The notes below the pieces were generated by a model. That model ran no database searches, had not been told where the DNA came from, and saw only the letters and a list, made by a program, of their open reading frames with translations. A stretch of DNA of 64,000 nucleotides from Clostridia bacterium (GTDB lineage: Bacteria > Bacillota > Clostridia > RGIG6154), in assembly GCA_045648505.1 (NCBI GenBank), contig JAZROD010000044.1, forward strand, positions 80,995 through 144,994. The letters run 5' to 3'. Every line of letters starts with the position of its first letter. Position 1 is the first letter of the stretch. The position numbers were made by a program, and so were the translations under genes. Positions 47,001-57,699 of the stretch are shown piece after piece.

Positions 47001-47894
47001 TTATCCTCTTAACTTAATTATTATTTCTTCAAATTCTTCAGGAAGTTTGCTTTCAAACTCCATATATTCGTTGGTCACAGGATGAACAAAACCTAAAACA
47101 CCTGCATGAAGCATCTGATGTGAAATGCCCATTTTGTTTCTGTCACCATATATTGAGTCACCCAGAAGGGGATGTCCGGTAAAGGACATATGTACTCTTA
47201 TCTGGTGTGTTCTGCCTGTTTCAAGCTTACATTTTACAAGGCTGTAGCCTTCAAATTCTTCAATAACCTGAAAATGAGTGACTGCCCTTTTTGAATTCTT
47301 GGCAGTTACCGCCATTTTCTTTCGGTCACCGCCGTGTCTGCCTATTGGTGCATCCACCATACCCTGACCGTTTTTGAAATGTCCGTTAACAATTGCAGTA
47401 TAAACCCTTGTTATGCTATGTACTGCAAACTGCTCTGCAAGTCCCTGATGTGCTTCATCGCTTTTTGCAACCACCAGAAGTCCCGATGTGTCTTTATCTA
47501 TTCTATGCACAATACCAGGTCTTATTACCGAATTTATTGTTGAAAGTCTGCCACTACAATGGCTCATAACCGCATTAACAAGAGTGTTATCAGGGTTTCC
47601 CGGCGCAGGGTGCACCACCATTCCCACAGGCTTATTGATAACAAGAAGATGGTCATCTTCATAAACAATATCAAGTGGTATGTCCTGTGGCTCTGCATTA
47701 AGCTCCTTTATTTCAGGAAGCTCGTAGCTTATTTCATCGCCGTTTTTCACCTTGTAGCTTGCTTTGGGACTTTTACCGTTAACAGTGAGTTGACCTTCGT
47801 CAAATATTTTTTTAACAAAGGCTCTGGATGCATCAAGTTTTTCTGCAAGGTAAGCATCAAGTCTTACACCGTCTTTGTCACATATCAGTATCAT
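47001..47894 (-). CDS. rluD: 23S rRNA pseudouridine synthase, RluA family (RluD-like, with S4 domain)
   Basis: HRIDKDTSGLLVVAKSD catalytic-Asp motif plus an N-terminal S4 domain. Confidence 0.8.
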   Translation of the reverse strand: MILICDKDGVRLDAYLAEKLDASRAFVKKIFDEGQLTVNGKSPKASYKVKNGDEISYELPEIKELNAEPQDIPLDIVYEDDHLLVINKPVGMVVHPAPGNPDNTLVNAVMSHCSGRLSTINSVIRPGIVHRIDKDTSGLLVVAKSDEAHQGLAEQFAVHSITRVYTAIVNGHFKNGQGMVDAPIGRHGGDRKKMAVTAKNSKRAVTHFQVIEEFEGYSLVKCKLETGRTHQIRVHMSFTGHPLLGDSIYGDRNKMGISHQMLHAGVLGFVHPVTNEYMEFESKLPEEFEEIIIKLRG

Positions 47895-48360
47895 CTGCTT
47901 TTCCTTCCGCTTCTTTCTTTTTGTCAGAGAAAAATAAAATATAAATTATAAGTAACGCCGCTCCTGAACAAACGCTGATATCTGCCACATTGAAAACAGG
48001 GAAATCCATAAACTCAAAGTTTATAAAATCCACAACGAATCCACGGCTTATTTTGTCCATAACATTTCCGATTGCACCTGTTATGATAAGAAGCATTGCA
48101 TAGTCAAAGCATTTGCTCTGCCCTCTGTTTTTCAGGTAAATAAAAATACAGATACCAATAACCGCAATGGTTATGGGCAACATAACATAAAGCTTATCGG
48201 AAAGCATACCAAAAGCCACGCCTGTATTTTCCACATAAATAAGATTAACAAAGCCTTTGATAAAATCCACAAAGCCTTTTCCGTTAAGTACATTAACCGC
48301 CCATACTTTTGTGACTCTGTCAATCAGGAGCACTAAAGCGCATAAAATATATTTTATCAT
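47878..48360 (-). CDS. lspA: lipoprotein signal peptidase II
   Basis: NTGVAFGM, GAIGNVMDKISRG and FNVADISV motifs. Confidence 0.85.
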   Translation of the reverse strand: MIKYILCALVLLIDRVTKVWAVNVLNGKGFVDFIKGFVNLIYVENTGVAFGMLSDKLYVMLPITIAVIGICIFIYLKNRGQSKCFDYAMLLIITGAIGNVMDKISRGFVVDFINFEFMDFPVFNVADISVCSGAALLIIYILFFSDKKKEAEGKADDTDM

Positions 48361-48797
48361 TCTATTCCCTCAAGAATCTTCTTCTGTGCTTCCATAATGC
48401 CTTCAAGCTGTGCTTTATAGTTTGCAATCTGGCTTTTGATTTCGTTTAACTTTCTTTCTGCTTCGAAAACTTTACTGTCTGCTTCTATTACCATTTTTTC
48501 TGCCTGTGCTTTTGCTTCAGCTATGGTTATTTCTGCTTTTTCTTTTGCATTTTTCTTAACATCTTCTGCAGTATTTTGTGCAAACATAAGAGTATTTTTC
48601 AACGCATCTTCCATACCCTTGTAGTTTTTAATTGCTTCGTTCATAATATTGATTTTATCTTTATATTCAATATTTTCTTTGTAAAGCTTTTCGTATTCTG
48701 CAGCAACAGTTTCAACAAACTCTTCTACCTCTCCTTTGTTGTAACCAAAAGTTGCCTTTGAAAACTCCATATTAGAAATATCAATAGGTGTAAGCAT
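48357..48797 (-). CDS. divIVA: DivIVA-domain cell-division protein
   Basis: MLTPIDISNMEFSKATFGYNKGEVEEFVETV followed by a coiled coil. Confidence 0.75.
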   Translation of the reverse strand: MLTPIDISNMEFSKATFGYNKGEVEEFVETVAAEYEKLYKENIEYKDKINIMNEAIKNYKGMEDALKNTLMFAQNTAEDVKKNAKEKAEITIAEAKAQAEKMVIEADSKVFEAERKLNEIKSQIANYKAQLEGIMEAQKKILEGIE

Positions 48798-48812
48798 ATA
48801 AATTCATCCTTT

Positions 48813-49100
48813 CTAAATAAAAATATAATTTACAAATGTTATAAGTGCGGGAACTATAAAAGAATCCACCAGAATCCAGGCAATTAAAAGAGAAAAATCA
48901 AACATCATATTTCCCTTTGAAAGCCTCATTATAATATTTCTTACAGGTGCAATAAAAGGTTCTGTAAGGGAAGAAATGAAGTAATACATCCCATTATTTC
49001 TTCCCGGTTGCACAAACCACGACATTATTGCTCTCACTAAAAACAAATTACTTATAATCTCTCCAAGAACTCTGATTGAAATGCTTAATATCTCTGCCAC
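48813..49100 (-). CDS. yggT: YggT-family membrane protein
   Basis: FLVRAIMSWF motif. The track ORF overlaps sepF, so a GTG start just after the sepF stop is more likely. Confidence 0.5.
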   Translation of the reverse strand: MAEILSISIRVLGEIISNLFLVRAIMSWFVQPGRNNGMYYFISSLTEPFIAPVRNIIMRLSKGNMMFDFSLLIAWILVDSFIVPALITFVNYIFI

Positions 49101-49101
49101 T

Positions 49102-49569
49102 TTAAATTCCCTTTCCAAAACCAAACGGGTCAAAACCACCGTTTAAAAGTTCAGTTTTAATATCTCCCATAACCTTAACGCTGTTAGGTGTTGCAAGAAG
49201 TATGCCCTTTGAAATTTTCTGTATGCTTCCGTCAAGTGCATAAGTAACACCGCCTAAAAAATCCACAACACGCTGACATTCTTCTTCACTGATTTTTTCA
49301 ATATTTACAACAACAGGTTTTTTTGCTTTTAAATGGTCTGAAATAAAAGAAACATCTTCAAATCTTTCCACAACTGTAACCATAACCTGAAACTGTGTTG
49401 TTGTATTTATGTCCACAATTTTGCTTCTTTTGTTGTTGGTTGGGTGGTGAGTTACATTTGAAACATTGCGGGATCTTACTTTTGTTTCAACAACCTCTTC
49501 CACTTCTTCCTCTTCGTCCTCATAGTCAAAGCCTATAGAGTTAAATATTTTTCCCATTATGTCTTTCAT
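49102..49569 (-). CDS. sepF: cell division protein SepF
   Basis: Acidic N-terminal linker and a DUF552 core (PVVVNIEKISEEECQRVVDFLGGVTYALDGSIQKIS). Confidence 0.75.
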   Translation of the reverse strand: MKDIMGKIFNSIGFDYEDEEEEVEEVVETKVRSRNVSNVTHHPTNNKRSKIVDINTTTQFQVMVTVVERFEDVSFISDHLKAKKPVVVNIEKISEEECQRVVDFLGGVTYALDGSIQKISKGILLATPNSVKVMGDIKTELLNGGFDPFGFGKGI

Positions 49570-49586
49570 CTATTCATTCTCCTTTC

Positions 49587-50774
49587 TTATTCTCCCGAAT
49601 AACCGTGCACTATAACTTCATCATAAAGTGCAAGGTGCGGTTTATCGGTTGAAAGTTCTCTTTCTATAACCACATACTCGTCATTTGATGTAAGAATCTT
49701 TACCTCTCTGAAAGCATAGGTGCCTTTTTTGATAATATAAACGCCCTTAACACCGTCAACAACCTTAACTGCATCTTTGGAAACTTTAAGACCTCTGCTG
49801 CTGTCTAAAATTATTTCCGCCTTATGCTTATTTTTTAGGAACAACTGTTTTTCATAGCTTGTTCCCATTAAAACCATTGTGCATTTTCCCTTTTCTTCAG
49901 GTGATATGCTGACGATTTCAACCTCGATATTTGTATCGCTTCCCTCATCAAGTCTTAAATAAACCTTGTTGCCGGGTTTTTCTGCCGTGATTTTTTTACT
50001 GTCCACATTTGCGGCAAAATACCATCCGAAATTATCTGCAATTTTAACTGCACTGCCTGAGCTTTGTTTTGCAACAACGCCATCCGCTTCTTTAAGCTTT
50101 GAAGGTGTTAATTCTTTTACTTTTGTATAGTCAAAGATACCTTCGTAGCCGTCAAAGGTTGTCATAAAAACACCTGCTTTGGTTGAGTACACATTTTTCT
50201 TTTCCCCTGCAGTACTCTGCTCTATTGCATTTTTTTCTTCCTTGAGCTGTGCTATTGCACTGTTTATGTCCTCACTTTTTGAAGCAAGCTTTGCAGAAAA
50301 CGCATCTTCAAGCTGAACAGTTGCTTCATAAAGCCCTGCGCTTGTGCTTTTATGGGTTTTAACAATAAGATTTCCCACATAAGTTTTGATTTTTGCTTCA
50401 AACTTACCTGCACTGTCACTTGTGTTGCTTTCCTGACGGAGTTCTTCCAGTTTTTCTATCTGCTGATTAAGTGCAGAAAGCTTTGCTCTTGTTTCATAGT
50501 CTACTTCTGCTTCGTAAACTGTTGCCACAAGCTCGCCCACAGAAACTCTTTCTCCGTTTGTTTTAACAGAGCTTATAACCTGACCGTTATCAGGAACAAG
50601 CACAGCTTCATCACGGATAACATATCCTGTAACAGAAATCTTGTTTTCTATTTCACCCATAATCGCAAGTTGAGTTTTATCTTTGGTATCAAAATGCATA
50701 TATATGTTGTAAACGAACAACAAAATCAGAGCAGTACCCATAATCCAGGCAACTACTTTGTTGAGATTTTTCAT
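49587..50774 (-). CDS. membrane-anchored HlyD/membrane-fusion-like protein
   Basis: N-terminal TM helix, a long coiled coil, and C-terminal beta-barrel-like segments (VYLRLDEGSD...GVYIIKKGTYAFREVKIL). Confidence 0.4.
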   Translation of the reverse strand: MKNLNKVVAWIMGTALILLFVYNIYMHFDTKDKTQLAIMGEIENKISVTGYVIRDEAVLVPDNGQVISSVKTNGERVSVGELVATVYEAEVDYETRAKLSALNQQIEKLEELRQESNTSDSAGKFEAKIKTYVGNLIVKTHKSTSAGLYEATVQLEDAFSAKLASKSEDINSAIAQLKEEKNAIEQSTAGEKKNVYSTKAGVFMTTFDGYEGIFDYTKVKELTPSKLKEADGVVAKQSSGSAVKIADNFGWYFAANVDSKKITAEKPGNKVYLRLDEGSDTNIEVEIVSISPEEKGKCTMVLMGTSYEKQLFLKNKHKAEIILDSSRGLKVSKDAVKVVDGVKGVYIIKKGTYAFREVKILTSNDEYVVIERELSTDKPHLALYDEVIVHGYSGE

Positions 50775-51017
50775 TTATTCCTCTCCGTCATTTAAAATCT
50801 TATCAATTCTGACATTTTTACCCGGAACAACAGTTGAAACTGCATGCTTGTAAATCATCTGCTGTCTTCCGTCACAATCCAAAATAATCACAAAGTTATC
50901 AAAGCCGATAACATTGCCTTTAAAATGGAGGCCTGATGTAAGATAAATAGAAACAAAAGCTTTTTCCTTTCTCACATAGTTTAAAACTGCATCCTGTAAA
51001 TTCATATTTTTGCTCAT
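50775..51017 (-). CDS. hfq: RNA chaperone Hfq
   Basis: Sm motifs [25 protein letters not shown] and [10 protein letters not shown]. Confidence 0.85.
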   Translation of the reverse strand: MSKNMNLQDAVLNYVRKEKAFVSIYLTSGLHFKGNVIGFDNFVIILDCDGRQQMIYKHAVSTVVPGKNVRIDKILNDGEE

Positions 51018-51034
51018 AATAACGCTCCTTTTTA

Positions 51035-51946
51035 TTATATCTTTTTTATCAGTATTTCATCTATCCTTTTAAAATCTGCGGGAACAAAGCTTGTGTTTTC
51101 TTCTCTTTTAAACCAGGTTATCTGTCTTTTTGCATATCTTCTTGTTCCCTGCTTTATAATATCCTTTGTTTCTTCAAGGGAAATGTGGCCGTCAAGATAC
51201 GGAAAAACTTCTTTGTATCCAATGCCCTGCATAGAAGTATGCTTTGATTTTACTCCCATATCCCTTATTTTTTGTACTTCCTCTTCAAGCCCCATATCAA
51301 ACATAATGTCAACTCGTTTGTTTATTCTTTCATAAAGGACTTCTCTGTCCCAGGAAAGACATATTTTTGTTAAATCATAGGGTGAATTTTTAACTGTGTT
51401 TTTTATATGGTCGCTTTGCTTTACGCCTGTTGTTTTATAAAACTCAATTGCTCTTATAACTCTTTTTACATTGTTTTTGTGTATGGTTTCGCAGGAAGCA
51501 GGGTCAACCTCTCTTAACATTTCAAAAAGCTTGTCTTCTCCCTGATTCTTCGCAATTTCATAAAGCTCATTTCTCAAGGCTTCGTCCTTATCGCCATCGC
51601 TTAATGCAATATCTGAAATAAGAGTATCTATATAAAGACCTGTTCCCCCTGCAAGTACAGGAAGCTTTCCCCGCATATAGATTTCTTCAATAACCTTTTT
51701 TGCAGTGGTCACATAGTCCGCAAGGCTATATTCCTCTGTTGGCTCTACAAGGTCTATCATATGATGCTTTATGCCCTGCATTTCTTCAATGGTTGGCTTT
51801 GCAGTTCCTATATCCATATACTTATAAACCTGCATAGAATCGGCAGTTACAACTTCACCGCCATACTTTTTACAGATTTCAACCGCCATAGAGGTTTTCC
51901 CCGATGCAGTAGGTCCCATAAGAACAATAAGTGGTATTTTACTCAT
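51035..51946 (-). CDS. miaA: tRNA dimethylallyltransferase
   Basis: [19 protein letters not shown]...[21 protein letters not shown]. Confidence 0.85.
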   Translation of the reverse strand: MSKIPLIVLMGPTASGKTSMAVEICKKYGGEVVTADSMQVYKYMDIGTAKPTIEEMQGIKHHMIDLVEPTEEYSLADYVTTAKKVIEEIYMRGKLPVLAGGTGLYIDTLISDIALSDGDKDEALRNELYEIAKNQGEDKLFEMLREVDPASCETIHKNNVKRVIRAIEFYKTTGVKQSDHIKNTVKNSPYDLTKICLSWDREVLYERINKRVDIMFDMGLEEEVQKIRDMGVKSKHTSMQGIGYKEVFPYLDGHISLEETKDIIKQGTRRYAKRQITWFKREENTSFVPADFKRIDEILIKKI

Positions 51947-53749
51947 TTAAACAATCCTTTTAAATTCTTTTTCAATGTATTTCTTGCTGAATGAAATAAT
52001 AACAGGTCTGCCGTGTGGACAGGTTCTTACACTATCATAATACAAAACCTTTTCCACAAGTGCTTTTATTTCTATGTCACTTAATTTGTGATTAGCTTTT
52101 ATTGCGCTTTTGCAGGCTATTGAAAACACTGCAGAGCTGTAAATATCTTCAGGGTCTTTTTTCTCTTTTATAAGAGATACAATTTCTGTCACAGAGCTTT
52201 CTATGTCCTCCGCTTTCATATCTGCAGGTGCCTGTCTTACAATATAATCTCCGCCACCGAACTGTTCAATTAAAAAGCCCAGTTTTTCAAAGGTTTCAAT
52301 ATTTTGCTCCAGTGTATCTGCTTCAAGTGCAGAAAGCTTTAAAGTTTCAGGGAACAAAAGGGTCTGACTTAAAACTCTTTTATCTTCCATTATTTTTTCA
52401 TAGTTAATTCGCTCGTGTGCGGCGTGCTGGTCTATAAGAAGGAGCTTTTCGTCCTTTTCAATAAGAATATAGGTATCAAAAAGCTGACCGATTACCTTGA
52501 ATTCTTCCGCTTTTATTTCAGCAGGTTTATGCTCCACATCATATATAAACTCGTCAGGCTCGGGAGTTTTGAAAACTGCAACCTTTTCATAAACCTTTTC
52601 ATCAGGCTTTCTGAAAATATCAAGCATTTCTTTTGTGAAGAAATCTTCTTTTTCAGGTTTAAGCTGATAGTTGCTTTCAAAGGTCTTTGCAGGCTTTGGT
52701 TTTACTTCAGGTGTGTATGTGCTTTTGATTTCTGCTTTAACTTCAACCTCTTTTTCTTTCTGTGAAGAAAAGAGAGCATTCTGCACACCCCAGTATACTG
52801 CACTGTGAACAATATTTTCATCCGAGAACTTTATTTCAAGCTTCTGAGGATGAACATTAACATCTGTCATATTTGAAAGCATTTCTATGTTAAGAAGAAG
52901 CACAGGGAATTTTCCTGTCATAAGCATTGTCTTATAGGCACTTTCTGCACCGTGAATTATGGTTTTTGACTTAACCCATCTTTTGTTAACATAGAAATTC
53001 TGCATATTTCTGTTGGGTCTTGAAGAGTATGGTGTTCCCGCAAGTCCGAAAACTCTCACACCTTCTTTTGTATAATCAACATCAAGCATAGATGCTGCAA
53101 GTTCGTTTCCGTAAACCGCAGAGAACGCATCTCTTAAACTGCCGTTGCCTGAAGAAAAGAGCGCTTCTCTTCCGCTGTTTATAAACTTAAAGGAAATTGA
53201 AGGATAACCAAGTATCATTCTTTCCACAACTTCTTTAATGTGTGCCCCTTCGGTTACATCTTTTTTAAGAAAATTCATTCTTGCAGGAGTGTTGAAGAAC
53301 AAATCCTTAACAACAATAGTTGTTCCGTCAGGTGCACCTGCCTCTGATTTTGAAATTATTTTTCCGCCTGAAAGACTCATTGCCGTTCCCAGAGTTTCTT
53401 CTTTTGATTTAGTTATAAGCTCCACATTTGAAACTGCCGAAATACTGGCAAGAGCTTCTCCTCTGAAACCCATTGTGTATAGGGTGGTCAAATCATCAAT
53501 CGACATAATTTTGCTTGTACTGTGCGGAAGGAATGCTTTTTCAACATCATCAGATGCAATTCCGCATCCATTGTCTGTTATTCTTATATATGTATTTCCG
53601 CCGTTTTTGATTTCAACAACAATCTTGTCCGCACCTGCATCTATAGAGTTTTCAATAAGCTCTTTAACTGCAGCGGCAGGGCGTTCTACTACCTCGCCTG
53701 CGGCTATTTTATTGACTGTATCAATATCAAGTACATTTATGCGTCCCAT
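51947..53749 (-). CDS. mutL: DNA mismatch repair protein MutL
   Basis: GHKL ATPase N-terminus (AAGEVVERPAAAVKELIENSIDAGA...DNGCGI) and a C-terminal dimerisation domain. Confidence 0.9.
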   Translation of the reverse strand: MGRINVLDIDTVNKIAAGEVVERPAAAVKELIENSIDAGADKIVVEIKNGGNTYIRITDNGCGIASDDVEKAFLPHSTSKIMSIDDLTTLYTMGFRGEALASISAVSNVELITKSKEETLGTAMSLSGGKIISKSEAGAPDGTTIVVKDLFFNTPARMNFLKKDVTEGAHIKEVVERMILGYPSISFKFINSGREALFSSGNGSLRDAFSAVYGNELAASMLDVDYTKEGVRVFGLAGTPYSSRPNRNMQNFYVNKRWVKSKTIIHGAESAYKTMLMTGKFPVLLLNIEMLSNMTDVNVHPQKLEIKFSDENIVHSAVYWGVQNALFSSQKEKEVEVKAEIKSTYTPEVKPKPAKTFESNYQLKPEKEDFFTKEMLDIFRKPDEKVYEKVAVFKTPEPDEFIYDVEHKPAEIKAEEFKVIGQLFDTYILIEKDEKLLLIDQHAAHERINYEKIMEDKRVLSQTLLFPETLKLSALEADTLEQNIETFEKLGFLIEQFGGGDYIVRQAPADMKAEDIESSVTEIVSLIKEKKDPEDIYSSAVFSIACKSAIKANHKLSDIEIKALVEKVLYYDSVRTCPHGRPVIISFSKKYIEKEFKRIV

Positions 53750-53768
53750 TTTTACTCCTTAATTATTC

Positions 53769-56384
53769 TCAATTAAGCTTTTCAGCTTTGTTTTTAAGCT
53801 CAAATAATTTGTTCATTGCTTCGATTGGTGTTAAAACCTCAAGTGAAATATTTTTAAGCTCGTCTATAATTTCGTTTTTAGGTCCGTCAAACATATTGAA
53901 CTGCATTGGCATTTCAACCGCTTCTTCAACAGGCTTTGCGGTTAAAACTTCTTTGTTTTTCTGCTTTTGTCCGCCCATTTCAAGCTGACCTAAAATCTTT
54001 TTGGCTTTCTTCACAACACTGTCTGAAATTCCTGCAAGCTTTGCTACTTCAATACCGTAGCTTTCGTCTGCTCCGCCTCTTATGATTTTTCTTAAGAAAA
54101 CAATATCATCTTCTCTCTTTTTGGCGGTTATGCAGTAGTTTTTAACCTCTTTGATTTTATCTTCAAGAACGGTAAGTTCGTGATAATGTGTTGCAAAAAG
54201 TGTTCTTGCTCCGATTTTCTTTTTGTCGGTAATATGTTCAACTATCGCCCACGCTATTGCAAGACCGTCAAAGGTTGATGTGCCTCTGCCGATTTCGTCA
54301 ATAATTAAGAGTGATTTTGCAGTTGCGTTGTTTATGATGTTTGCCATTTCATTCATTTCCACCATAAAGGTACTCTGTCCTGATGCCAGATCGTCTGATG
54401 CACCTATTCTTGTGAAAATTTTATCAACAACGCCAATTCTTGCAGATTTTGCAGGAACAAAGCATCCCATCTGCGCCAGAACAACGATTATTGCAATCTG
54501 TCGCATATATGTGGATTTACCTGCCATATTAGGGCCTGTGATAATTGAAAACATATTTTCATCACAGTCTAAAAGCGTATCGTTTGGAACAAAGAGAGAA
54601 TCTCTCATAAAATGCTCAACAACTGCGTGTCTGCCATCTTTAATATCAATAATATCACTTGCATCAATTTCAGGCATAACATAAGCATTTTTAACAGAAA
54701 CTTCCGCAAGGCTTGCCAGAACATCCATTGTTGCAATAACTCTTGCGGTTTTCTGAATTTTCTGACTCTGTGCCTTTATCTGTTCTCTTATTTCGCAGAA
54801 AAGCTTATACTCTCTGTCCACAATCTTTTCATCCGACCTTAAAACAAGGTCTTCAATCTCTTTAAGTTCAGGAGTTATATATCTTTCTGCATTTGTAAGA
54901 GTCTGTTTTCTGATGTAATAATCAGGCACAAGCTCCTGATAAGACCTTGTTACTTCAAGGAAGTATCCGAAAACCTTGTTAAAGCCAATCTTAAGATTTT
55001 TAATGCCCGTTTTTTCTTTTTCTTCTGCTTCTAACGCCTTTAATCTGTCTTTACCGTGATCTCTGCCGTAAATCCATTCATCAAGCTGTGTATCATAGCC
55101 TCTTTTGATAATTCCGCCCTCTCTTACAGAAAAAGGTGCTTCATCATCAATAGCATCATCTATAAGACCGTAAATATCGCCAAGCAGGTCAAAATCTGTG
55201 TAAAGCTCAAGCAACAGACTGCTTTTGAACTTTGTTGCAAGACTTGCAATAAGAGGAAGCTTTCTGATTGTGTTTTTAAGGGCAATTAAGTCCTTACCGT
55301 TAACTGTCTGATACTCTATTTTTGAAACAAGTCTTTCAATATCATTTATATCTTTAAGAGCAGTTCTTAAATTATCTCTTAACGCAGTTTCGTTATAGAG
55401 TTCTTCAACTGCTTTGTTTCTTCTTTTGATGTTTGTAACAGAAACAAGAGGCTGTTGCACCCAGTTTGAAATCATTCTTCCGCCCATAGGTGTGCAGGTT
55501 CTGTCAATTACACTTAAAAGAGAACCTCTCTTATTGCCGTCACGCATGGTTTTAACAAGCTCAAGATTTGCTCTTGCAGTTGCATCAAGTGAAAGGAACT
55601 GAACACTGTCATACACCTGAACAGGTTTCATATGTGAAAGGTCTGTCATCTGTGTCTGTTCAAGATAATCAAAAAGCATTGCAGTTGCACAAAGAGCAAG
55701 CTCTTTTGCAAATATTTCTTTATTATCGCCATAATGTTTGTTAAGCATTTGCTGTGCGTTTTCTTTTTCAGAGCATACAGACTCTATGCTCTGCACATAG
55801 GCATTGTATTTTTCTTTTAAAACTCTTTTTAAGAACTTATCCCCTTCAACCTCTTTGTTGAATATAATTTCTGACGGTGAAAACTTTGCTATTTCGCTTA
55901 AAATATCAGATTTTGCACCTGCCTGATTAAACTCTGTTGCATACACTTCGCCTGTTGAAGCATCTGTTACTGAAAAACCATATTTTCCGCCTTTTGCGAA
56001 AAGACACACAAGAAAGTTGTTTTTAGTTTCTTCAACCGCGTCTGAAAGAGTTATTGTTCCGGGTGTTACAACTCTTACGATTTCTCTTTTAACTATGCCT
56101 TTTGCTTCTTTAGGGTCTTCAACCTGTTCGCAGATACCAACTTTATATCCCGCCGCAACAAGCTTTGTTATGTATGGGTCACAACTGTGAAAAGGTACAC
56201 CGCACATAGGTGCTCTCTCTTCCATACCACAATCTCTGCCTGTTAAAGTAAGACCAAGTATCTGTGATGCAGTTTTTGCATCTTCAAAGAACATCTCATA
56301 AAAGTCACCAAGACGGTAAAATATAATCGTGTCCTGGTTTTTTTCTTTTATTTCCATGTATTGTTGCATCATGGGGGTAAGCAT
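53769..56384 (-). CDS. mutS: DNA mismatch repair protein MutS
   Basis: TPMMQQYMEIKEKN...FYRLGDFYEMF N-terminus; Walker A GPNMAGKSTYMRQ. Confidence 0.9.
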   Translation of the reverse strand: MLTPMMQQYMEIKEKNQDTIIFYRLGDFYEMFFEDAKTASQILGLTLTGRDCGMEERAPMCGVPFHSCDPYITKLVAAGYKVGICEQVEDPKEAKGIVKREIVRVVTPGTITLSDAVEETKNNFLVCLFAKGGKYGFSVTDASTGEVYATEFNQAGAKSDILSEIAKFSPSEIIFNKEVEGDKFLKRVLKEKYNAYVQSIESVCSEKENAQQMLNKHYGDNKEIFAKELALCATAMLFDYLEQTQMTDLSHMKPVQVYDSVQFLSLDATARANLELVKTMRDGNKRGSLLSVIDRTCTPMGGRMISNWVQQPLVSVTNIKRRNKAVEELYNETALRDNLRTALKDINDIERLVSKIEYQTVNGKDLIALKNTIRKLPLIASLATKFKSSLLLELYTDFDLLGDIYGLIDDAIDDEAPFSVREGGIIKRGYDTQLDEWIYGRDHGKDRLKALEAEEKEKTGIKNLKIGFNKVFGYFLEVTRSYQELVPDYYIRKQTLTNAERYITPELKEIEDLVLRSDEKIVDREYKLFCEIREQIKAQSQKIQKTARVIATMDVLASLAEVSVKNAYVMPEIDASDIIDIKDGRHAVVEHFMRDSLFVPNDTLLDCDENMFSIITGPNMAGKSTYMRQIAIIVVLAQMGCFVPAKSARIGVVDKIFTRIGASDDLASGQSTFMVEMNEMANIINNATAKSLLIIDEIGRGTSTFDGLAIAWAIVEHITDKKKIGARTLFATHYHELTVLEDKIKEVKNYCITAKKREDDIVFLRKIIRGGADESYGIEVAKLAGISDSVVKKAKKILGQLEMGGQKQKNKEVLTAKPVEEAVEMPMQFNMFDGPKNEIIDELKNISLEVLTPIEAMNKLFELKNKAEKLN

Positions 56385-57565
56385 TATAAGTTTTCTCCTG
56401 TTATCTTAATTTCATTATTTTTCTTTATTATTACTTTCTTTATGTTTATATCTTCATCAAAGAACACAAGGTCTGCATCATAGCCTTCTTTAATCTGTCC
56501 CTTGTTTTCAATACCGTGGGCAACTGCAGGTGTTTTGGTCATCATTTTAACCGCTTCAGGAAGAGATATGCCCACCTGCTTTGTCATAACTCTCACAAGT
56601 CTGTCACAGGTTGCAACAGAGCCTGCAAAACAAGATTTATCAGGCATTTTTGCAATTCCGTCTTCTATAAAGCACTCAAAATTATTTTTAAGGCTTCCCA
56701 GAACAGAAGGACCTTCAGGCATATCTGCCCCGCGCATTGCATCTGTTATAAGACAAATTCTGTCCGCACCCTTGATTTTGTAAATAATCTTCAGAAGTTC
56801 AGGCGGAAGATGGCATCCGTCTGCAATTACTTCTGTATACATATCATCAAAATAGTAGGCAGATTCAATTGCTCCAAGAATTCTGTATCCGTCTTTTCTG
56901 GTTATGGTGGACATTGCAGAGAAAAGATGTGTGAACATATTAAGACCTTCTTCTCTGCAGATTCTTATATGGTCAATGGTTGCCTCTGTATGTCCTGCAG
57001 AAGCAATTACATTTTTTTCTTTCAGATATGTGCAAAGCTCTTTTGCACCCTTAAGTTCAGGGGCAAAGGTAATCTTTTTTATGAAACCGTCATATTTTGA
57101 AATAAGAGCTTCATACTCTGCTTTATCAGGATTTTTTATGTATTTCGGGTTAATTGCACCCTTCTGACTCATTGCAATATAAGGGCCTTCAAGATGAACA
57201 CCGAAAATATTTGCACCCTCTGTATTTTTTTCGGCAACATTTTTAATAAAACCTATGCATTCATCAATTGCCTCAAAGCTGTCAGCAACAGTGGTTGGAA
57301 TAATGGTTGTTGTACCGTGCTTCAAGTGTGCTTTTATTGCAGTTTCAACGCATTTTTCATCACCGTCTGTAAAATCTGCACCGCCTCCTCCGTGAACGTG
57401 GGTATCTATAAAACCTGCAGAAATATATAAGCCTTCTGCGTCTATAATTTCATCACAAGGAATCGGCTCATCTGTAACGGCATAAATGAGTCCGTCTTTG
57501 ATATAAATATCTTTATTTTCAATTTTATCAGCAACAATTTTTGCATTTGTTATTTTAAGCAACAT
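56384..57565 (-). CDS. nagA: N-acetylglucosamine-6-phosphate deacetylase
   Basis: GFIDTHVHGGGGADF metal-binding motif. Start taken at the internal MLLKITNAKIV; the track ORF is 5'-extended. Confidence 0.8.
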   Translation of the reverse strand: MLLKITNAKIVADKIENKDIYIKDGLIYAVTDEPIPCDEIIDAEGLYISAGFIDTHVHGGGGADFTDGDEKCVETAIKAHLKHGTTTIIPTTVADSFEAIDECIGFIKNVAEKNTEGANIFGVHLEGPYIAMSQKGAINPKYIKNPDKAEYEALISKYDGFIKKITFAPELKGAKELCTYLKEKNVIASAGHTEATIDHIRICREEGLNMFTHLFSAMSTITRKDGYRILGAIESAYYFDDMYTEVIADGCHLPPELLKIIYKIKGADRICLITDAMRGADMPEGPSVLGSLKNNFECFIEDGIAKMPDKSCFAGSVATCDRLVRVMTKQVGISLPEAVKMMTKTPAVAHGIENKGQIKEGYDADLVFFDEDINIKKVIIKKNNEIKITGENL

Positions 57566-57646
57566 AATCGCCCCACTCATTATAATATTCCTGATTATAT
57601 TATACTCCAAACACCGTTTTTTTTCAATATCTTTTATAAAAATACT

Positions 57647-57675
57647 TGCATTTAAAGGCAAATTTATATATAATA
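57647..57675 (+). promoter_or_regulatory. consensus sigma-A promoter for the ispD-ispF-proS operon
   Basis: TTGCAT-17-TATAAT. Confidence 0.5.
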
Positions 57676-57699
57676 GACTAGATAGAATGTGAGGTAACA

